From a virus (Duplodnaviria; Caudoviricetes), in IMG/VR virus record IMGVR_UViG_3300037851_000064, positions 1-29,541 of that record: a DNA stretch of 29,541 nucleotides; one strand, given 5' to 3'. The stretch's first letter is position 1, and the number at the start of each line of letters is the position of its first letter. A program made the translations under genes and the position numbers. The notes under the pieces are model-generated. The model did not search any database. It was not told the origin of the DNA and saw only the letters and a program-made list of their open reading frames with translations. Shown piece after piece: positions 8,222-16,942 of this stretch.

Positions 8222-8513
8222 GGCGCTTCTCCTCCGCTCGCAGGATCGCTGCGGAGCGCTCCAACCGAGCCTGCTCGGCGGCTTCGGCCTGGCGGACGCG
8301 AATGCCGACCCGCTCCTCGGCGAGCAGTTGGAGGGCGGCCTTCGCGTCGTCCCAGGTCATGGCGTCTACTCTTCTGAAGTCCCCGCCGCAGAAGTCGCGG
8401 GCGAGGATGGCGCGGAGCGCGGTCGGCGCTTCCCGCCAGAGGCCGAGGTGCGAGATGTCGATGCGGCCGTCGGCCCATGCGGCGAGGACTTCCGCGTCAT
8501 CACCACTAAAGGG
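8208..8513 (-). CDS. tail assembly chaperone -1 frameshift extension (gpGT-like C-terminal part)
   Basis: The -1 frame from the slippery site reads PFSGDDAEVLAAWADG...AMTWDDAKAALQLLAEERVG and ends overlapping the TMP start. Confidence 0.75.
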   Translation of the reverse strand, partial: PFSGDDAEVLAAWADGRIDISHLGLWREAPTALRAILARDFCGGDFRRVDAMTWDDAKAALQLLAEERVGIRVRQAEAAEQARLERSAAILRAEEKRRGPR

Positions 8514-8854
8514 CGTGTGACCTCTTCGCCGAAGAGGTCGTCGGCCGCGTCGGCGATCTCGTACTTCGTGGAGAACGGCAGCGTCTCGCCCGCGTCGAGC
8601 GGGAGCGGTTCGCCGTCCTCGGCGGTGAACGTCCACGCCTCGACGGCGTGGGCGAGGTAGACCGGGAACAGGTGCTCGGCCAGCGTGATCCCGTCCATCG
8701 CCCCCGGCCGGGCGTTCAGCCCGTCGCGGATGGCGGAGACGGCGGCGATCCCGCCGGCCAGCGAGAGCACCTTGTGAAACGTGATCGTGTCCGCCTCATG
8801 GGGAGTGCCCGGACACGGGCACTCCACCGTGAGCGTCCGCCCTTCGAGTGCCAT
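8366..8854 (-). CDS. tail assembly chaperone (gpG-like)
   Basis: ATG 8854 just after the major tail stop; MALEGRTLTVECPCPGTPHEAD...; lies between tail tube and TMP. Confidence 0.8.
   Translation of the reverse strand: MALEGRTLTVECPCPGTPHEADTITFHKVLSLAGGIAAVSAIRDGLNARPGAMDGITLAEHLFPVYLAHAVEAWTFTAEDGEPLPLDAGETLPFSTKYEIADAADDLFGEEVTRPLVVMTRKSSPHGPTAASTSRTSASGGKRRPRSAPSSPATSAAGTSEE
8507..8513 (-). other. programmed -1 ribosomal frameshift slippery site CCCTTTA
   Basis: In-frame CGC CCT TTA gives an X XXY YYZ heptamer; a -1 shift joins the downstream open frame. Confidence 0.8.
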
Positions 8855-8856
8855 GA

Positions 8857-9885
8857 CTACAGTGCGCTCAGGCCGTTGACGACGACGGCCTCGAAGCCGT
8901 AGCCGAGGGTCGAGCTGTACATCGCCCTGTACGTCAGGACGATGACGGCGTTTCCGCCGATCTCGCTGTCCTCCCTGCTTCGCAAGGTGAAGCACCCGCG
9001 CCGCCGGTACGAGTACGGGGTCGAGCCGACCACGTTCTCGACGGAGGTCGTGAGGAGCTGGATGAACCGCTGCGGGACCGGATCGTCGTCGAGCGTGGCG
9101 GCCTCGGCCATCGTGGCGGTCGTCTTCGCCACGGTCAGCGTCAGTTCGATCTCGCGGGCGCCGCGGCCGAAGCCCGACAATCGGAAGCGGGCGTTGGACG
9201 CGTTCGCCCCGTTGGCAAATCGCTTCTGGTCGAGGCTGCCGCCGATGCTCAGCGTCGCGGAGTGGACCGCGTCGGTCCACTTCGTCGTGCCGATCGAGCC
9301 GGCTGCGGTGTCAACGAAGAACTCGGTGTCGGCGCCGAAGACGAAGTTGGGCGTCTCGTCCACCCCGAGCGCAGCCGTCTTGTCGGTGGCGAGCGTCGCG
9401 TCCGCGAACACCCACTCGTCGGAGAACGTCCACGGCCCGAGGTCTTCGGGCATCTCCTCGGAGAAGGAGTCGATGACGCCGCCGATGCCCTCGATGCCGT
9501 CCGTGGCGGCCGTGTCGTCGCCCGTCTCGACGGTGAAATACTCGAAGTCGTCAGCGGTCGTGGAGGAGGCCGCGAACGTCCAGGTGTAGCCCGCACCGGC
9601 CGATCCGGACGGCGTGACGCCGCCCTTCAGCGCCGCCGCGAGGCGGTACGGGAGGTCGTCGAAGGTGAGCGGCGCCGTGGGGTTCCACGACACCTCCTTC
9701 GCCATCGGGTAGGGCAGGATGCCGGGATCGAGCGTCCCGGTGTCCACGTCCGCATCCGTGCGGTTCGGGTTGACGGCGATGATCCCCCGCCACGGGAGGC
9801 GCCGCGTCGCTGCGACGGCGGTCCCGATGACGGTCTGCTTCCCGATCTGCGTGTACCGCAGCCGGGTGAAGCCGGCGATCGGCAT
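8857..9885 (-). CDS. major tail (tube) protein
   Basis: AAGGAG RBS; MPIAGFTRLRYTQIGKQTVIGTAVAAT...; Thr/Asp-rich; follows the terminator gene. Confidence 0.8.
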   Translation of the reverse strand: MPIAGFTRLRYTQIGKQTVIGTAVAATRRLPWRGIIAVNPNRTDADVDTGTLDPGILPYPMAKEVSWNPTAPLTFDDLPYRLAAALKGGVTPSGSAGAGYTWTFAASSTTADDFEYFTVETGDDTAATDGIEGIGGVIDSFSEEMPEDLGPWTFSDEWVFADATLATDKTAALGVDETPNFVFGADTEFFVDTAAGSIGTTKWTDAVHSATLSIGGSLDQKRFANGANASNARFRLSGFGRGAREIELTLTVAKTTATMAEAATLDDDPVPQRFIQLLTTSVENVVGSTPYSYRRRGCFTLRSREDSEIGGNAVIVLTYRAMYSSTLGYGFEAVVVNGLSAL

Positions 9886-9906
9886 TCCCTGTTTCTCCTT
9901 CCCGGC

Positions 9907-10335
9907 CTAGCTGCGGCCTTCGCGGATAGTGGTACGGTCGAAGCCAATCTCGACCGTCCGGTAGAACGCATCGCCCACGGCGATCTCGCCGTCGGTGACG
10001 GAAACCGGCTGGATGATGGAGGTCGGCACGCGGCGCACCGCCGCCGTGTAGCGGTCGAGCAGCTCATCGACGACGGTGTCGGCCTGGGCCACGACCTCGG
10101 CGTTCTCCCCGAAGGCCCACGCGACGACGATGGACGGCCGGAGCGCCCGCTCGCGCGTGCCGGAGTCGTGTTGGATCGACTCGGGGATGTCGCCCACCCA
10201 CGCGGCCGGGAGCTCGCCCAGCGACTCGGGGCGGGCGGGATAGGCGGCCTTCAGGAGGCCGGGGTTCTCGACGTGGAACTCGGTGAGGACGCCGTAGAGG
10301 GCGGCCCGCACGTCGCGTCGGAAGGTCGTTCCCAT
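9907..10335 (-). CDS. tail terminator / tail completion protein
   Basis: 142 aa; position between the gp10-like gene and the tail tube. Confidence 0.6.
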   Translation of the reverse strand: MGTTFRRDVRAALYGVLTEFHVENPGLLKAAYPARPESLGELPAAWVGDIPESIQHDSGTRERALRPSIVVAWAFGENAEVVAQADTVVDELLDRYTAAVRRVPTSIIQPVSVTDGEIAVGDAFYRTVEIGFDRTTIREGRS

Positions 10336-10830
10336 CTAGGCGGCCTCGTTCCAGATTTCGATGACCGACTCCTTCAGCCCGCCGCGCGACATCGCCCTCT
10401 GCGCGCCGGGGACGAGGTAGGGCTGCGCCTTCGTGCCGGGGTGGTTGACCTTCATTGCGAAGAACTCCGGCGAGGCGCCCGACCGAAGGTTCCCCGATAG
10501 GCGGCGGGCACCGCCCCACGCGAGCACGCGAGCCTTGCGCGGCACGATGACGTGCGGCCCGGTGCCCTTCTCGACGTACGCGGCATAGCCGACCTCGCGC
10601 GTGCCGCCCGCGACGACGCGTACGCTGCGCTCGGTGGCGCCCTCGGTGCGGATCGTCCGGCCGAGGTTGCCCGTCTTGCGCGGGACAAGCCGCTTCGCCT
10701 CGTCCCTGGCGGCCAGCCCGAGCCGTTCCATCATCTCGCGCCGCTTGCCGGCAGCCGCGAGCGCGTCGAGCCGTTTCTGGAGGTTGTCAACCCCGCGGAC
10801 CCGGATCGGGGCGCCACTAGCAAAGGTCAT
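10336..10830 (-). CDS. HK97 gp10-like neck/tail completion protein
   Basis: VRGVDNLQKRL...AKRLVPRKTGNLGRTI...YAAYVEKGT...VNHPGTKAQPYLVPG. Confidence 0.85.
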   Translation of the reverse strand: MTFASGAPIRVRGVDNLQKRLDALAAAGKRREMMERLGLAARDEAKRLVPRKTGNLGRTIRTEGATERSVRVVAGGTREVGYAAYVEKGTGPHVIVPRKARVLAWGGARRLSGNLRSGASPEFFAMKVNHPGTKAQPYLVPGAQRAMSRGGLKESVIEIWNEAA

Positions 10831-11489
10831 CCGACGCCCTCCGCCCCGCCGCCCTGCAACTTCCACTCGGCGATGAACGCCTGCACCTCGATCGGCAACG
10901 TCGAGAGGTCGAAGAGCTGGCCCTCCGGGGTCGCCACGCCGCCCGCGAACAGGGCATCGCCGCGCTTGGTCATCCACGCGGCGAGGAGCGCCACCGTGCG
11001 CGGGATCTCTTCGAGCACGCCGTCGAATGCCGTGTAGCCCCACGTCCCGGTGATCGACAGGTCGTTCGGGATCGAGCCGCGGCTGGTCCCGTAGTACGGC
11101 GGGAGGTCGAGGCCGCGGTCGAACCACTCAGGGTCCCCGAGCCACCACGGCGCCCCGGACGGCCGCGACTCGAAGGCCCGGAACTGGATGCCGGTGTAGA
11201 CGCCCGTCTGCTTCGCGTCGGGGATGAGCCAGAACGTCGAGTCCTCTTCGAGCGGCGCGCTGTTCAGCGTGACGGCCGACGCCGCCGCGAGGCCGGGGAT
11301 GGTCAGGTACGCCTTGCCCTCGGTGGTGAACTTGCGCGTTGCGACGGTGGACTCGAACACTCGGCCCGTGCGCTTCTCTAGGAACGCTTGGGACGCACGG
11401 ATGTTCGACCCGATGAGGCCCTCCGAGTAGCGACTGTTGGAACCGGCGAGGCCGAGGATGTCCCGAACGGTGCTGGCGTCGACGATCAT
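10827..11489 (-). CDS. head-to-tail adaptor
   Basis: ASQAFLEKRTGRVF...TRKF...ITGTWGY...IPRTVALLAAW, typical of actinophage-type adaptors; ATGA overlap. Confidence 0.75.
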   Translation of the reverse strand: MIVDASTVRDILGLAGSNSRYSEGLIGSNIRASQAFLEKRTGRVFESTVATRKFTTEGKAYLTIPGLAAASAVTLNSAPLEEDSTFWLIPDAKQTGVYTGIQFRAFESRPSGAPWWLGDPEWFDRGLDLPPYYGTSRGSIPNDLSITGTWGYTAFDGVLEEIPRTVALLAAWMTKRGDALFAGGVATPEGQLFDLSTLPIEVQAFIAEWKLQGGGAEGVG

Positions 11490-12718
11490 GCGGCGGCCTC
11501 TTTCGCAATGGCGGCCTCGATGAGTCCGGCGAACTGCCGGGCCGCGTTGGACCAAGTGAAGTTAGCGGCGACGTGGGCCGGGCCAGCCTTGGCGCAGCGG
11601 CGCCTGGCTACCTCGTCGTCAAGGAGCGCGCCGACCGCGTTCCCGAACGCCTCCTCGTCGGCGGCCCACCAGAAGTGGTCGTACTCGTTGTCGATCAGTC
11701 CGCCCTCTTCAACCGTCACGCCGGCCGGGCCGATGACCTCTGGCACCGACGAGTAGCGGACTCCGACGGCGGGCGTGCCGCACGCGATGGCCTCCGCGAT
11801 GGTCAGGCCGAAGCCCTCGGCCGAGTTCGAGGCGTACACGTCGGCGGCGTTGTAGAGCGCCGCCAGCACGTTCCGGGTCGCCCCGCCGTTGCGCTCGTGG
11901 AAGCGGGTCAGGATCACGCGCCTACGGAACCAATCGGGGTACTTCGAGAGCGTGTCGTCGAGGTTGCCGCCCTGGTCCCACACCCGGCAATGGATGACGA
12001 GCAGAACGTCCGGCCGCTCGGCGAGGACCGGAAGCATCGCCCGGAGATAGGAGTTGTATCGCTTGCGCGGCATGTGCCGGTCGGTGCGGAGCACCACCCT
12101 CCTCGTCGGGTCGGCGCCGAACACCTTTCGGCACGCCTCCTTCGAGCGCAGCTTGCGGCCGTCCTCCAAGTAGATCGGTCGCTCGGCCGAGGCCAAGTGG
12201 AACTGATTGCCGTCCACGCCGTGATAGATCATCGGGGGGCGGGGCAGATCGGGCATGATCTTGGCGATCTCGTCGGCCCCGAAGTTAGTCATGGCGACGG
12301 GACGCACGACGCGCCACAGGTCGCCCCACGACGGCGGCAGGTCGACGCCCTCGATGGGAACGTAGTGGAACGTCGGCACCGAGCGGAAGGCGTCCGCCGT
12401 GGACCTGTCGCCCAGCACGACCATCTTGGCCGCGAGGAAGTCGCCGAGCAGGATGGCGGCCTCGGGCCTCCACCCGTCGGCCCACGCCGCGCCGTTGAGA
12501 AGGCCGTGGATGCCGCCCACCTGGGCGAGATGGAGGTGCCCGTCCGGGTCGTTGACGCGGTAGGTGCGCGAGGCGAACGGCTCGGGAAGGTCGTCGAACT
12601 CGTTCTGTGACGTGAACCGGAGGTCGAGGCCCGCCGCCAGCAACTCGCGCCCAAGGTCCATCGTCACGGTGCCGAAGCCCGTGCCCGCAAGGTCGCCGAA
12701 GAACAGCACCCGCGTCAT
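11486..12718 (-). CDS. GT4-family (GT-B) glycosyltransferase
   Basis: ATG 12718, MTRVLFFGDLAGTGFGTV; HGVD; RKRY; LYNAADVY...AEGFGLTIAEAIACGTP (EX7E motif). Confidence 0.9.
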   Translation of the reverse strand: MTRVLFFGDLAGTGFGTVTMDLGRELLAAGLDLRFTSQNEFDDLPEPFASRTYRVNDPDGHLHLAQVGGIHGLLNGAAWADGWRPEAAILLGDFLAAKMVVLGDRSTADAFRSVPTFHYVPIEGVDLPPSWGDLWRVVRPVAMTNFGADEIAKIMPDLPRPPMIYHGVDGNQFHLASAERPIYLEDGRKLRSKEACRKVFGADPTRRVVLRTDRHMPRKRYNSYLRAMLPVLAERPDVLLVIHCRVWDQGGNLDDTLSKYPDWFRRRVILTRFHERNGGATRNVLAALYNAADVYASNSAEGFGLTIAEAIACGTPAVGVRYSSVPEVIGPAGVTVEEGGLIDNEYDHFWWAADEEAFGNAVGALLDDEVARRRCAKAGPAHVAANFTWSNAARQFAGLIEAAIAKEAAA

Positions 12719-13737
12719 TCGAGCACCCCACGGATCGCCTCGGCCTCGGCATCGAAGTCCACGACCTCGCGGAACCTGGCGGCCGCGGCCTCGCACATGC
12801 GGACGTAGCGCTCGGGGTCGGCCCGCAGGGAGCGGATGAGGTCGGCCGCCTCGTCACGGCTGCCGAGCCGGTCGATGTCGAACGACGTGACGCCCTCGAC
12901 CCACAGCGGCTCCGCCATCTTGTGCTGGTAGTACCGCAACGAGCCGAGGACCGGCCGACCCACCGCGAACGCGTTGTGGATGACGTGCCCGTAGCCGTCG
13001 CTCCAATACTTCGCGTGGTAGATGAGGCCCGACGCCCGCATCGCGTTCGCCACGGCCGGGGTCGCCTCGATGTCGCCCTGCGCGAACTCGTCGAGCGGGG
13101 CGGAGCCGTAGGCGCCGAACACTCGGCAATCGAGGTCGGGGTGCGCGCGGGCGAGGTCGAGGAAGCGCGGGTACTCGGGCGTCTCGGGGAAGCAGTTGAC
13201 GAACGACGACACCGGCCCGAAGCCGGTCGGCGGCTCGTAGCGGAACGTGCCGAGGTCGAACTCCTGGTGGTAGGTCACGCCCACGTCGTAGGCGATGTTG
13301 GCGGCCGACGCGAGGACGATCGGCCGGAGCGAGCGGTCGATGTGCTGGCCCTCGTTGCCGACCTGCACGACGTACTTGGCGCCGACCGCGCCGGCCAGCG
13401 ATGCGAACCCGCGCTCGTTGTCGGGCACGGAGGCGACGACCACGTCCCAGTGCTGGGCGCGGAACTGGTCGAGCGTGACCATGCGGAACGTCTCGCCGGG
13501 GTTCTTGCGATCGGGGCGCTCCGAATGGTCGCCCCTGTCCACGTCATCCGGTAGCGTGGAGAGGTACTGGCGCGCGACCAGGTCGCCGTGAAACTTCTTC
13601 TCGAACTGCCAGTATCCGGCGTCGAACCACTCCATGCCGATCGGCCGGTACAGCTCCCATCCGAAGCGGCGGGCGAGCAGGACGTAGGACTGCCAGAGCG
13701 CGTGATGGTGGAAGTCGGCCAGGATGCGAAGGCTCAT
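12715..13737 (-). CDS. GT-B glycosyltransferase (divergent)
   Basis: ATG 13737, MSLRILADFHH; C-terminal SDGYGHVIHNAFAVGRPVL...EGVTSF...CEAAAARFREVVDF is GT-B-like with a non-canonical acidic motif. Confidence 0.7.
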   Translation of the reverse strand: MSLRILADFHHHALWQSYVLLARRFGWELYRPIGMEWFDAGYWQFEKKFHGDLVARQYLSTLPDDVDRGDHSERPDRKNPGETFRMVTLDQFRAQHWDVVVASVPDNERGFASLAGAVGAKYVVQVGNEGQHIDRSLRPIVLASAANIAYDVGVTYHQEFDLGTFRYEPPTGFGPVSSFVNCFPETPEYPRFLDLARAHPDLDCRVFGAYGSAPLDEFAQGDIEATPAVANAMRASGLIYHAKYWSDGYGHVIHNAFAVGRPVLGSLRYYQHKMAEPLWVEGVTSFDIDRLGSRDEAADLIRSLRADPERYVRMCEAAAARFREVVDFDAEAEAIRGVLE

Positions 13738-14765
13738 GCCGGCGCTCCGAGGAACTCGCGCCACTGCGCGCCGACCGTCTCGATGCCGAAGAGGTCGATG
13801 GCGCGCTGCCGCTGGTCCGCGCCCATCGCGCGGGCGTAGTCCCAGTCATCGAGGAGGTCGCGCAGCTTGCGCTTCGCCATGCCGGGATCGTCGGCCCACA
13901 GCCGCGTGATCTCGTGGCCCTCGAACAGGTCTGGCGCCCACATCGCGGCGGGGCCGATCGAGAGCGTCGGGATGCCCGCGAACATCGCCTCCATGAGGCC
14001 GAGCGTGTAGGAGGCCGGCTGCGTCCCCGTGTACAGGTAGGCCCGCCCGCGCGCCAGCCACGCGAGCATCGCATCGTAGGGCACGCTGCCCGCGCCGCCG
14101 ATGGCCTCCGAGCCGGGGCCGATGGGCATCCGGGGGAGGCCCGACGTGGCGTCCTCCCAGAAATCCCAGTGCGTGTGCTCGCCGCGCTGGATGAGCCCTT
14201 GCGTGACGTTGAGCACCGTCCGCTCGGTCCCGGTCCACTCAGGGTAGTCGCCGGGATACTTGCCGAACCGGATCACGGCATCTTGGCCGGCCCACGTCCC
14301 GAGCGGCTCGAAGAACCGGCGCTCGGCGGGCGAGTAGCGGACGATCTCCAGCAGATCCTCGTAGCGGAAGCCGCGCATCAGCCCTTCGAGCGCCGGGTTG
14401 GACTGGCCGCACGTCCGCCAGATCACCCGCTTGTGGCGGATGCGCGTCCATTGCCGGGCGATCCACTCGGCCGGGAAGTGGTGGCAGATGATCGCGTCGG
14501 CCCAGTCGATGAGGTCGGGGTGCAGCTCGGCCTTGGCCCAGTCGATGAGCGGACCGGGGTCGGCTCGGCCCTCTCGGCTCTCCTCGACGAGGCGGGCGAG
14601 ATCGGAGTAGTACGGCGCGTCCGGCAGGGCCGGGCGCTTGTCGTCGCCGGGGTTCGCCGGGTCGGTGTAGGCGCCGATCGAGAACGTCCGGTAGCCGAGG
14701 TCGGTGAGCATCCGAAGGTCGTCGTACTCGGCGATGGAGTGCGACGTGAGCAGGAGGACGTTCAC
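13734..14765 (-). CDS. GT-B glycosyltransferase
   Basis: GTG 14765, VNVLLLTSHSIAEYDD; RAYLYTGTQPASYTLGLMEAMFAGIP...MGADQRQRAIDLFG...QWREFL. Confidence 0.78.
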   Translation of the reverse strand: MNVLLLTSHSIAEYDDLRMLTDLGYRTFSIGAYTDPANPGDDKRPALPDAPYYSDLARLVEESREGRADPGPLIDWAKAELHPDLIDWADAIICHHFPAEWIARQWTRIRHKRVIWRTCGQSNPALEGLMRGFRYEDLLEIVRYSPAERRFFEPLGTWAGQDAVIRFGKYPGDYPEWTGTERTVLNVTQGLIQRGEHTHWDFWEDATSGLPRMPIGPGSEAIGGAGSVPYDAMLAWLARGRAYLYTGTQPASYTLGLMEAMFAGIPTLSIGPAAMWAPDLFEGHEITRLWADDPGMAKRKLRDLLDDWDYARAMGADQRQRAIDLFGIETVGAQWREFLGAPA

Positions 14766-15454
14766 CGCGGCACCGCCTCGAAGTGACCGACGTAGCGGTC
14801 GCCGCGCGTCACCGTGACGGCGTGTGTTCGATCGAGGAGGTCGAGGAGCGGCTGCTCGCCGCCGTGGTATTCGCCCGTGATCCGGCCGACCTTGCGGAGC
14901 GTCTCGGGCTTGGCGGCGAAGAGGGCATACTCGCCGCCCTCGCAGTCGATCTTCATGGCGTCGATGCGCCCGCCCGCCAGGCGGACGATCTGGGCGAGCG
15001 TGATCGCTGGGACGGTGACATACTCGCCGGTCGCGCCGCGGATGTTGGCGATGTAGCGGTGGGCGTCGTCGGGGCCGTAGCGGACCACCACGGTCTTGCC
15101 CCTGCCCGCCGCGCCCTCGACGACGTGTAGCCGCTCGTTCACGCCGTTGCGCCTGGCGTTGGCCCGCAGAAGCTCGACGTTCTCCGGCAGCGGCTCCACG
15201 CAGATCGCGTGGGCGCGCGGGTTGTCGAGCAGGACGGCGATGGCGACGGAGCCGATGTGGGCACCCACGTCCACGAACGCGCCGTCGTCGAGGAAGATGT
15301 CGGCGGTCCCGTACTCGTCGTGGAGCTGGCCCCACAGCTCGAACGTGCTGCCGACGGTGGCGAGGTCCGAGGTTCCGGCACGACACCCCATCCGGGCGTG
15401 GTGCCCTCGGGGAGTTCTCACGTCGTGAACCTCGATCTGCTCCATGTTCTCCAT
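14762..15454 (-). CDS. FkbM-family SAM-dependent methyltransferase
   Basis: FVDVGAHIG, VEPLPEN, MKIDCEGGEY, GEYH motifs. Confidence 0.9.
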   Translation of the reverse strand: MENMEQIEVHDVRTPRGHHARMGCRAGTSDLATVGSTFELWGQLHDEYGTADIFLDDGAFVDVGAHIGSVAIAVLLDNPRAHAICVEPLPENVELLRANARRNGVNERLHVVEGAAGRGKTVVVRYGPDDAHRYIANIRGATGEYVTVPAITLAQIVRLAGGRIDAMKIDCEGGEYALFAAKPETLRKVGRITGEYHGGEQPLLDLLDRTHAVTVTRGDRYVGHFEAVPR

Positions 15455-15486
15455 TCCCGCCCTTCTTCGCCCTACCTGTGGTGCGT

Positions 15487-15518
15487 CCCCGGAGCCGGGG
15501 GCGGGTCCGGCTCCGGGG
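15487..15518. terminator. GC-rich hairpin downstream of the capsid gene (terminator/attenuator or mRNA stabiliser)
   Basis: CCCCGGAGCCGG / CCGGCTCCGGGG 12-bp perfect stem with 8-nt loop; no U-tract. Confidence 0.5.
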
Positions 15519-15541
15519 GCATCTAGTGGCCTAGCCCAGTC

Positions 15542-16915
15542 CTACGGGATGATGTCCGCGAAGAACGAGAAGGCCCCGGCAAAGACGGCGGGACGGGCGT
15601 CGAGGCCCATCTCCATCTCGCCACGGAAGCCGACGAGGTTGTAGTCCCAGCGCGTCCCGGCCACGTCGGTCGAGTCCACGCGGTACCCCTCGCCGTAGTA
15701 GACCTTCAGGGCCGACCACTCCCCGACGATCGAGTCGTCGGTGCCCACGATGTTGTTGTCCCCGTAGACGGGGATGCCGAACACGCGGATCGTGGGGGTC
15801 GTCGGGTCGGAGGTCACGTCGAGGAAGAACCCGGCGTTGTCGGTGCCCTGCGACGCGAGCGTCCAGACCGAGCCGGGGCTGACGACCGCCGCCTCGGCCT
15901 TGCGGTTCCGGCCCGCGAGAGCGGACGCCTGGGCCGCGATGATCGAGATGATGGAGCCGGCCTGCGTTGCGGCAGCCGCCGGCGTGGAGATGGTGAACGA
16001 GGAGGCGCCGCCGAGGGCAAGCGCCGTCTGCAGGCCGTAGGGCTGGTTGGAGCCCGTGCCGCTGAAGATGTAGGCGGCCTCGCCGAGCGCGAACGAACGC
16101 GCGAGCTCGTCGGCCACGTCGGCCTCGACAGCGCCCGCCGACTTGGCGAGGAGCTGCTTCGACACGTCGTAGATCTTGGCGAGCGTGTAGAGGGTCGCCG
16201 TGTAGCCCTCGTAGGTCAGGTTGACGTTCGTCTTCTCGCTGCCCCACACGATCGCGGCGGCGGCGGAGGCGTCCGTCCGGCGGTACGGGATGTCCACGCC
16301 GGTCACGCCGGCAAGGCCGGTGCGCCGGGTGACGAGGCGGACCACGGGGGACTCGTAGCGCCCGACCTTGATGAGGTCGTCTACGATGGCGTTCGGCAGG
16401 AGCCAGCCGCCCGTGGCGTCGGTGGTCCCGATGGTGGCCTTGGAGCCGGCCTCCTGCGGGGTCTGGTAGCGCGAGCCGATCCCGTCGAGGATCGCCTTCG
16501 CGGCCTGCCGCTGCTCGGGCATCGCGTCGATGCTCCGGGCCTCGTACACGGCCTTGATGAACGTGCCGGGCGCGTAGGACGTGCCGACGACGCTGCGACC
16601 GAAGCCGATCATCGCGGCCTTCGACGGCGAGCGGACGCCCTCGAGCATCCGGCGCGTCTCCTCGATGGCGGCCTTGTGGTCCGCCTCGCGCTTGGCCTTG
16701 TCGTACTCGGCCTTGAGCGTGGCGAGCGTCTCGGCCTCGGCCTTGCGCTCGTCGTTGAGCGCCTGCCAGCGGGCCGTGTCGGTGTCCTTCGCCTCGTCCA
16801 TCGCCTTGACCAGCTCGTCGAGCTTGGCCGCGGCCTTGCCGACCTTCTCCGCCAGGTCGCCGGCGAGGGTGTCGGAACCCGCGAACAGGTCGCGGGTGAC
16901 CTCGATACCACTCAT
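15542..16915 (-). CDS. major capsid protein (HK97 fold) with N-terminal coiled-coil delta/scaffold domain
   Basis: N-terminal coiled coil; TGGWLLPNAIVDDLI; VSKQLLAKS; IFSGTGSNQPYGL; FGIPVY; GEWS; VGFRGEMEMG. Confidence 0.92.
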   Translation of the reverse strand: MSGIEVTRDLFAGSDTLAGDLAEKVGKAAAKLDELVKAMDEAKDTDTARWQALNDERKAEAETLATLKAEYDKAKREADHKAAIEETRRMLEGVRSPSKAAMIGFGRSVVGTSYAPGTFIKAVYEARSIDAMPEQRQAAKAILDGIGSRYQTPQEAGSKATIGTTDATGGWLLPNAIVDDLIKVGRYESPVVRLVTRRTGLAGVTGVDIPYRRTDASAAAAIVWGSEKTNVNLTYEGYTATLYTLAKIYDVSKQLLAKSAGAVEADVADELARSFALGEAAYIFSGTGSNQPYGLQTALALGGASSFTISTPAAAATQAGSIISIIAAQASALAGRNRKAEAAVVSPGSVWTLASQGTDNAGFFLDVTSDPTTPTIRVFGIPVYGDNNIVGTDDSIVGEWSALKVYYGEGYRVDSTDVAGTRWDYNLVGFRGEMEMGLDARPAVFAGAFSFFADIIP

Positions 16916-16942
16916 AGGTGGTGGAACTCCGTTTCTCCGCCC

